Shown here piece after piece: positions 56,863-64,000 of a stretch of DNA of 64,000 nt (positions within the stretch are counted from its first letter, which is position 1; each line of letters starts with the position of its first letter). A program made the position numbers and the translations under genes. The notes beneath the pieces are model-generated. The model did no database searches. It was given only the letters and a program-made list of their open reading frames with translations, and was not told the DNA's origin. The DNA comes from Squalus acanthias (taxonomy: Eukaryota). The stretch lies in assembly GCA_030390025.1 (NCBI GenBank), contig CM059431.1:123754001-123818000 (forward strand). Direction: 5' to 3'.

Positions 56863-59032
56863 AGCCACACGACACGAGCAGGAGGAGGAGAGAAGCAGCA
56901 AGGCCACGAGGCAGACCCAGGGCGAGATTAGAGGCAAGGACAGACAAGGCCAGGCAAGGGCTAGAGCTGAGGCCACTGGGAGCGAGTCGGCATCGCTCAG
57001 CACACGGTCTAGCACTAGCAGCCACTAGCCAAGGTCACTGGAGGCTGGGAGCGAGTCGGCATCGCTCAACCCATGGTCCAGCCCCAGAAGGTACCGCCCC
57101 GACAGGCCTCCAACGCAACAAAACTCGACGACCAGACAACCATCGCAGATTTCACAGACCGGTACCACGTGGGGACGGCAGGCCCCAAAGGACAAAAAGA
57201 GAGTACCTCAAAATCGCAATCAACTTACCTGGCTGGATTTCGAACTGTCAAAACCCCTGTTTGGTGAGCATTATCCCTGATCTCCTGAAACCAAAACCTA
57301 GCTAGATAGTGGGATCTTTGGGAGGGATAAGGGTTTTTGTATATTGTCCTTCTCCCTCGCCTGTACCGTGTGTTCCCCAACCTGTGTTTTAAGCATTAAG
57401 TGTGTTTTAAGTTTGTTACCTTTTTCTTTTAATAAAGTCAAAATTCTTTCAACAGAACCTGTTGTCTACTGCATCTTTATTCACAACCCCTAAATAAGTC
57501 CAAGGTCTAGAACAAGGGGCGTGGGAGTGATTCGAACCGCTCACTGAGTCAAAGGTGAGGCTGACCTCTACCACACCCCCCCCTACATGCTCCTCCTCCA
57601 TTATTGTGGAGAACAGGGGTATGTCCATAGAGAAGGCCATTCCAATTGCTTAGGCAGGGGTCTGAAAAATTTCGGGAGCATTGACATTTGACAGCACTTT
57701 GTTTGAGTAGAGTTCAGGTCACAGTAATTTTTAAAGAATTGCAAAGAAAATCACTATCAAACTCCAGAAATCTCAGTGACGGCAATATCAGCTGACATAG
57801 GGCTCGGTGCTACTAAATTTTGATGGGTAAAGGCATGCCTTGCTCATGACTGGCATAAAAGCAGGAAAGTCGGGTGAGCTGGACTTTTGCAAGGGGGCGG
57901 AACTATGTAACTGAGCGACAGAAGGTTTTGGCAGATGTATCTCGGAAGCGTCACATTGGTGCTTACCGATGTTTCAGTGTAAAACTGGTGTAAACCACTT
58001 ACGTGCAAATTTCCTTAGGAAACAAACAGCACCGTGCCATTCTTACACCATAGTTAGACTGAGAATTTCCAGGAAATTCCAGGCAGTGTTTTAATCTTCC
58101 TAATTTCAAATATTTATTGCAGAAGTTTAGTCTTAGATTTCCTAACTCAAAACTTTTTAAACAGCAGAGGTACATATAACTCAGTCATTCATCAATAGAA
58201 GTCTGTACATTAGAGTATGTCCAAATATAATTCGGAAATTAGTTCAGAAGTTGTGACAGTTTAAAATAATATGTGGAGTAGTGTACACCAAATCAATTAT
58301 ATAAGATAGAACAAGTATAAGGCATATAAGAATGTTCAAGGTACTAACCTGATGTTAGAAAAAGATAATTGACAAAGAACCAGGAAGAGAAAAGATTACA
58401 GATGAATCACTGAAAATGTATCACAAAGTCTGGAACTAACACAGTGCAGAGTAAGACAGGTGTGTTTTGAATTGGTAGTTATACGTTACCTAATTAAACG
58501 TTACCTACTGTTTTATTAATATTGTCTTAAGGTGAAAACTTAAACAAGAATCTCATGAGTACTACTTGTTACTTCAGTAAAGTGAATAGTGGCTTTGCCA
58601 AGCACATACTGTAATCTTTAAATGAAATGTAATACTTGTGCAATGTTAAATTTTATTCAGCTAATGCTGTGTTATTATAATTCCAATTATTGCTATGATG
58701 ATTATATTAACAATCATGTTATCCTTGACCACATAGATATCGGACAGCATTTTCAGACGCACTGTGTCACCTGCGGGGCCTTGTATGGGCGGGTGGTGAA
58801 TTGGAAAATTGCAGGTGAACTGCCTTTGATTTCTGATAATACGTCTGCTGCTAGTGAGGACCTGCTGGTAACATGGGGGTCTCAGAAAATGTTACTCATA
58901 GTCCTGGTTAGATCTATCATATCTTTGTCAGAGCTAAATGGCGTTTAACCAGTACTGTACTTAAGTGCTAATGGTGATCTTGGCTGGACCTTTTTAATTG
59001 AGCAAGTTTATGCAGGAGGACACAGACTCACG

Positions 59033-61960
59033 GGAACAGGAGGAGGCCATTCAGCCCCTCGAGCCTATTCCACCATTCAATGAGATCATGGTTGATCTGT
59101 GACCTAACTCCATATACCCACCTTTGCCTCATATCCCTTAATACCATTGGATAATAAAAATTGATCAATCTCAGATTTAAAATTAACAATTGATCTAGCA
59201 TCAACTGCCGTTTGTGGAAGAGAGTTCCAAACTTCTACCACCCTTTGTGTGTAGAAGTGTTTCCTAACTTCACTCCTGAAAGATCTAACTCTAATTTTTA
59301 GGTTATGTCCCGTAGGCCTAAACTCTCCAACCAGCAGAAATAGTTTCTCTTTGTCTACCCACTTCAGTTTGCCTTAATAGCTTGCAAATCTCGATCAAAT
59401 AACTCCTTAACCTTACAAATTCCAGGGAATAAAAACTTAGTTTGTGTAGCCTCTCCTTGTAATTTAACCCTTGGAGTCCAAATATCATTCTGGTAAATCT
59501 ACGCTACAATCCATCCAAGGCCAATATATCCTTCCGAAGGTGTGGTGCCCAGAACTGCTCACAGTACTCCAGGTGTGGTCTAACTAGGGCTTTGTATAGT
59601 TGTAGTATAACTTCTACCCCTTTGTATTCTAGTCCTCTATATACAAAGCCTACCATTTCATTAGCCTTTTTGATTATTTTATGTACCTGTCGATGGCATT
59701 TTAATGATCTATGTACATGGACCCCTAAGTCTCTTTGGACCTCCACTGTTTCTAGCTTTTCACTCTTTAGAACATACTCTGATCATCTTTAGGTCCAAAG
59801 TGGATGACCTCACACTTGCCTACATTGAAATCCATTTGCCACAGTTTTGCCCATTCACTTAATCTGTTGATATCTCTTTGTAATTTTATGCTTCCATCTA
59901 CACTGCCTACAATGCCGCCTATCTTTGTGTCATTGACAAACCTGGATATGTTGCTTTCTATCCCATCATCTAAGTCATTAATAAATGCGATGAATAGATG
60001 AGGCCCCAACACAGATCCCTGTGGGACACCACAAGTCACATCCTGCCAATTAGATTACCTGCCCATTATTGCCTACACTCTGTCTCCTATCTCTCAGCCA
60101 ATTTCCTAACCAGGTCAATAATTTGCTCTCAATTCCATGGGCTTCTACCTTAGATAACAGTCTCTTATGAGGGATTTTACCGAATGCCTTCTGGAAGTAC
60201 TTATAAATAACATCCATAAACATTCCCCTGTGTACTACTTTAGTCACCTCTTCAAAAATTTCAATCAGATTCATAAGGCATGACCTCCCCTTTACAAATC
60301 CATGTTGATCAGCTGAAAATATTCAAGGTGTTGATTCACTCTATCCTTAATTATAAACTGTAGTAATTTCCTAACAACAGCTGTTAAGCTAACTGGTCTA
60401 TAATTCCCTAATTTCCCACTCTCACGATTCTTAAATAATGGAGCGACATGTGCAATTTTCCAATCTAAAGGAATAGTTCCTGTGTTGAAAGAACTTTGGA
60501 ATATTGGCCCGTATTTTCCGATCGCAGGCCTCCCGGGGCGGGGGGAGGCATGCAATCTGGAAAAATCTACGCCCTTACCTGAGGGCTCCCGGGACACACA
60601 CGCTTCCGCTCCTGGGCCTCACCAAACTTGAAGTGTGCAGTGCCCACGTATCCCAGGGGCGCATGTAGTTCGCAGCATCCCTGGGATCACGTGGGCCATG
60701 GGGAGCCAATCACAGAAGGGAATCTCCCTTCATACATTTGCAGGAAGACCTGTCAAATATATGAATGGAGATCACCCCAAAAACATAGTAAAACTTTAAA
60801 TACATTTTTTTCAAAAAATTACATTTTTAAAATGACTTGAAATTACAATAAATTAAGTATTTTAAACAAAAATTACATTTTTTGAAAAAAATCATTAAAG
60901 TTTATTACGGGGCTAAAAATAAACTTACCTTTTTTAAGTATTTTTAAATGATAAATCAGTGAAATTTTTTAAAAAACTTTTTTTCAACTCTTATCCTGGT
61001 AAAAGCAGGCCTTATGCCTGCTTTTACCAGGCGTAAGAATTGTAAGTGTTTTCTGCGGGCGGAGGGTCTCCAAAAAGCGGAACTCTCCGCCCGCAGAGGC
61101 CCTGCTCCAGGGCAGCCGGAGGATCTGTCAAGACCATTCTTGACAGATCGGAAATGCCGGTTTTCAGCGCATGCGCTGTGCATGCCTGAAACCAGCATTT
61201 CCGATGTCCCTACGGGTGGATACACAGCGCGTACCCACCCGTAGGGATCGGAATATCTGGGCAATTATAGTTAGGGCATCTGCAATGTTCTCACCTACTT
61301 CCATTAAAAAGCTGGGATGAAAATCATCTGGTCCTGGGGGTTTGTCACTCTTAAGTGCCATTATTTTCTTCATTACAGGTATTTTCCTTACATTAATTTT
61401 TGAAGAGTACCCGCCCCGATTCAATATTAGCTTCCTTGGGATGCTAGCCATGCTATCGTCTTCCTCTACTGTAGATACTGACGCAACGTAATTAATCAAA
61501 ATGTCCACCATTTCCTTATTTTAATTTACAATATCACCGTTATCAGTTTTCAAGGGGCTCACATTGCTCCTGACCAACCTCTTTTTCCTAATATAATAGT
61601 AAAAATAAATTGTGTAGATTTTGCTATCCCTTGCAAGTTTCTTTTCCTACTCCATTTTGTAGCACTTACTATGTGTTTTGTCACCTTTTGTTGTTCATTG
61701 TATCTCTGCCAGTCACAAGGACCTGTGCTATTTTTTGCATGTTTATATGCTTTTTGTTTTAGTTTTATTTTGTCCCTAACCTCTTTTGTTGTCCATGGCT
61801 GTTTTTTTGGGAAGTAGAGCTCTTGCCCCTTAGGGGTAAAAACTGATTCTGTGTCACCTTAAATTCTTTTTGACACCTCCCACTGATCTTCTGTCGATTT
61901 ACTGTGGACAGTCTCTGTCTCATCCCATTGAAGTCAGCTTTACCTAAAGCTAGAATCTCA
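59033..61960 (-). mobile_element. Degenerate CR1 ORF2, interrupted by MITE Y
   Basis: RT motifs with stops and frameshifts (GVPQGSVLGP, NYRPVSLT, PGPDDFHP). Confidence 0.85.
60506..61263 (-). mobile_element. Harbinger-type MITE family Y, copy 2 (758 bp)
   Basis: TIRs GGCCCGTATTTTCCGATC/GATCGGAATATCTGGGCA; TSD ATT (60503-60505, 61264-61266). Confidence 0.88.
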
Positions 61961-61961
61961 T

Positions 61962-62392
61962 TTTACTTACCTCGGCAGGTCCATGTTGGCTCCATCCTGG
62001 CCTCTAAAATGAATTTTCCTTGATTGGGTTTGTTAAGCCCGCTCAGCGCGTTTCCCGGCCAATTAGAGGAAGCGGGTCTGGTGACGTCATTTGATGACGC
62101 GTCAGCAGCCAGTTTCCTTAAATGCAACATGGCTAAATTTATTTTGACATTTGTGCTGTCAGTGTTCTACAGCATTGAGGTGCTGCAAACACTGACAAGC
62201 ACTGCACAGAGGTGCAGGGCTGCACCCAGACTCTCCCATGACTCCCTCCATATGCTTCCAATGGGTGGAAGACGCCTCCCCAGGAGATTAATGCAGCCTG
62301 GTTGCACATTGCACAGGAGGGCAAAAGCAGGGATGTGGTCAGGGGGACCTGGGTGCAGTGATGCAAACGTTTCAATGATCTGAGTAGATCAC
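61962..62392 (+). pseudogene. Harbinger fragment: promoter region plus decayed Myb exon 1
   Basis: RAAPRLSHDSL...RTWVQ*CKRFNDL; TGACGTCA at 62082-62089. Confidence 0.65.
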
Positions 62393-63479
62393 CATGTGTA
62401 CCATCTAAGTTGAATTTGCACCTGCAATTCATTCATTTGTTCCTTATACTCTGTGCGTTTGTATAAAGAACACTTATTTTAGCCACACTCCCCAACCTGT
62501 CCATCTGCTCTAATGTTGTTTTTCTCACACATTTCTTATTTCTCTCTCCTGATTTAATTACTTTACATCATCTAGTTTTCTCTTTACCGGTAGTGCCTAA
62601 AGCACAATTTTTGACTATTACTCTACTCTCTTCCCTTTTGTTTGTTTTAGAATTATTATTTATGCTACCTTTTCCACCTGAGCTCACCCATCGCCCCATT
62701 TACTGGTTTAAAGTCCTTGTGACCCCCCATTCATCCTTTCCGGTAGAACCTTGGTTGCAGCCCAGTTCATTATCCCCTTTCCTATACCTTTAGGTATATG
62801 TAACAACTGAAGCTATATTCCAGATCAAACTCCTGCTGCTTTCAGTAATGCTACTTAGTAGGTTCAAATACCTAATTTATAAATGATCATTTCACCAATT
62901 TAACTATGATCATGTCATACCTTGTACAAGGGTGAAACAGCTAAATCCAGTGACAATTAATTTTTTCAAGGCAGAAAGTTTTTGAAATCGTCAGAATCAA
63001 GACACAATTCTAATCTCTAATACAATCTATAATTAACTGAACTTGTGATCTAACAAAGTACAAAACCAACAGGTCATCAGCAATCTTGGCTACTGACATT
63101 CCTTACCCAATGCAAGCAGTATGGCCGTGATATTTTTCATCTATTTACCTGCAAACTTTGTGACAAACTTAAGCTCAAGATCCATTTGACAGAGATTCCA
63201 TTGTAGCCCTTTTCTCTCATTAGCAACCTACTTGGAGGGTGAAATTCTAAAGCTGTTTTCTTGCTGGAAAAATAAACCTTGCAGGGGAAAACTGCTGAAC
63301 CATTTTGTTTTGTAAAACAATACAAAATATTAGAATTTTAGCTAGATGATGCATGGTTTGCAACTGGTGTCTCCATGTGAAAAGATCAGTTATTTTTGAA
63401 CTCTTAATCCAGCTTTTAACGATTTGACGATTTTCCTCCCCTTCCACTGTTTAGTTCAACAATCAGGAATGGCAAGATA

Positions 63480-64000
63480 CCCCTTCAAGTACTGTTTGTA
63501 TGGCATTCTCTGTATGCCTGTGCTCTGTTCTTGTGATTTTGAGTGAGGCCTCTTCAAAAGAACTCCAGGGCTTGAAATTGCTAGGCCTTCCTCCTCTACA
63601 GATTTGCTCTTTCCTATTATGTGCCACTTTCTGTTGTAGCAGTGTTGAGATGTGAAAGTTTGAAGTGTATATACAGAGACAGCCAAGTGTCTATTCTGAA
63701 TCCTAGTACATGTGTCAGTAGATGAACATGCACCACACAGTTGGGTTTTCTTGGAAGGCGGCTTTGTGGGCACGAATTTATGGATGTAAGCGCTATAACA
63801 GTGGAAGCATACCCTGCTGATAGAATAAGTTTGTCTGAAGGTTTTGCATGTGGCTGCAATCAAGGTGCAACTGGCTGAAGTCACCCACTTTGGCCCTGAA
63901 AATCTATAGCCCTTCCAGCACACACCATGAGTCAGGCAGGGGTTCAGTTCTAGACCAGGACTCAGATATGCCAGCTCCTGACCTCTATGCAGAGTTTCCC
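63480..64000 (-). pseudogene. Ancient Harbinger Myb relic (exons 1-2)
   Basis: The minus strand reads cag|KVAHNRKEQICRGG...EEASLKI, homologous to Myb exon 2 of the other copies. Confidence 0.55.

Larger units (their letters stand above)
53202..57587 (+). mobile_element. Solo LTR family B (about 1.46 kb net) with two CR1 insertions
   Basis: TGT...ACA termini; 4-bp TSD TGCT (53198-53201, 57588-57591); AATAAA at 57431; start (TGTAAGCTTCGCAA) and 3' region resemble family A. Confidence 0.88.
52981..58085. mobile_element. Old TIR element (probable Harbinger-type MITE) hosting solo LTR B
   Basis: GGCCCTGAATTTCCTGGA at the left and TCCAGGAAATTCCAGGCA at the right form an imperfect TIR pair; TSD unclear. 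Confidence 0.55.

Noticed and set aside
63149..63263. Possible minus-strand host exon (ttttccag...cag|gtaaat)
   Set aside because: Splice-like ends only; no recognisable protein similarity and no partner exons.
63456..63923. 155-aa Cys-rich ORF as a host exon
   Set aside because: Another frame matches decayed Harbinger Myb exon 2; no host protein recognised.

Overview
Repeat-dense vertebrate genomic DNA, most likely from a cartilaginous fish (inferred from an HE1-like SINE, SacSINE1/DeuSINE-like SINEs and shark-type CR1 tails). I could not support any host gene. The window is a nested stack of transposable elements. (1) CR1 LINEs, including one apparently intact full-length copy (5939-10335) with perfect 76-bp tandem 5' monomers. 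Its ORF2 has no AUG ahead of the endonuclease domain and overlaps ORF1 in the -1 frame at a U_UUA_AAC slippery heptamer, and the same junction occurs in a second, diverged CR1 family. (2) At least seven PIF/Harbinger elements or relics with a DDE transposase convergent on a three-exon Myb/SANT gene. These include a near-intact autonomous copy (32419-36541), a Myb-only copy whose transposase core is deleted (26070-29326), and several MITE families matched to them by termini. (3) Three long (about 1.5-1.65 kb) solo LTRs with 4-bp TSDs. (4) L2, Penelope-like and SINE fragments. Coordinates were read by eye; the ends of old relics are approximate.
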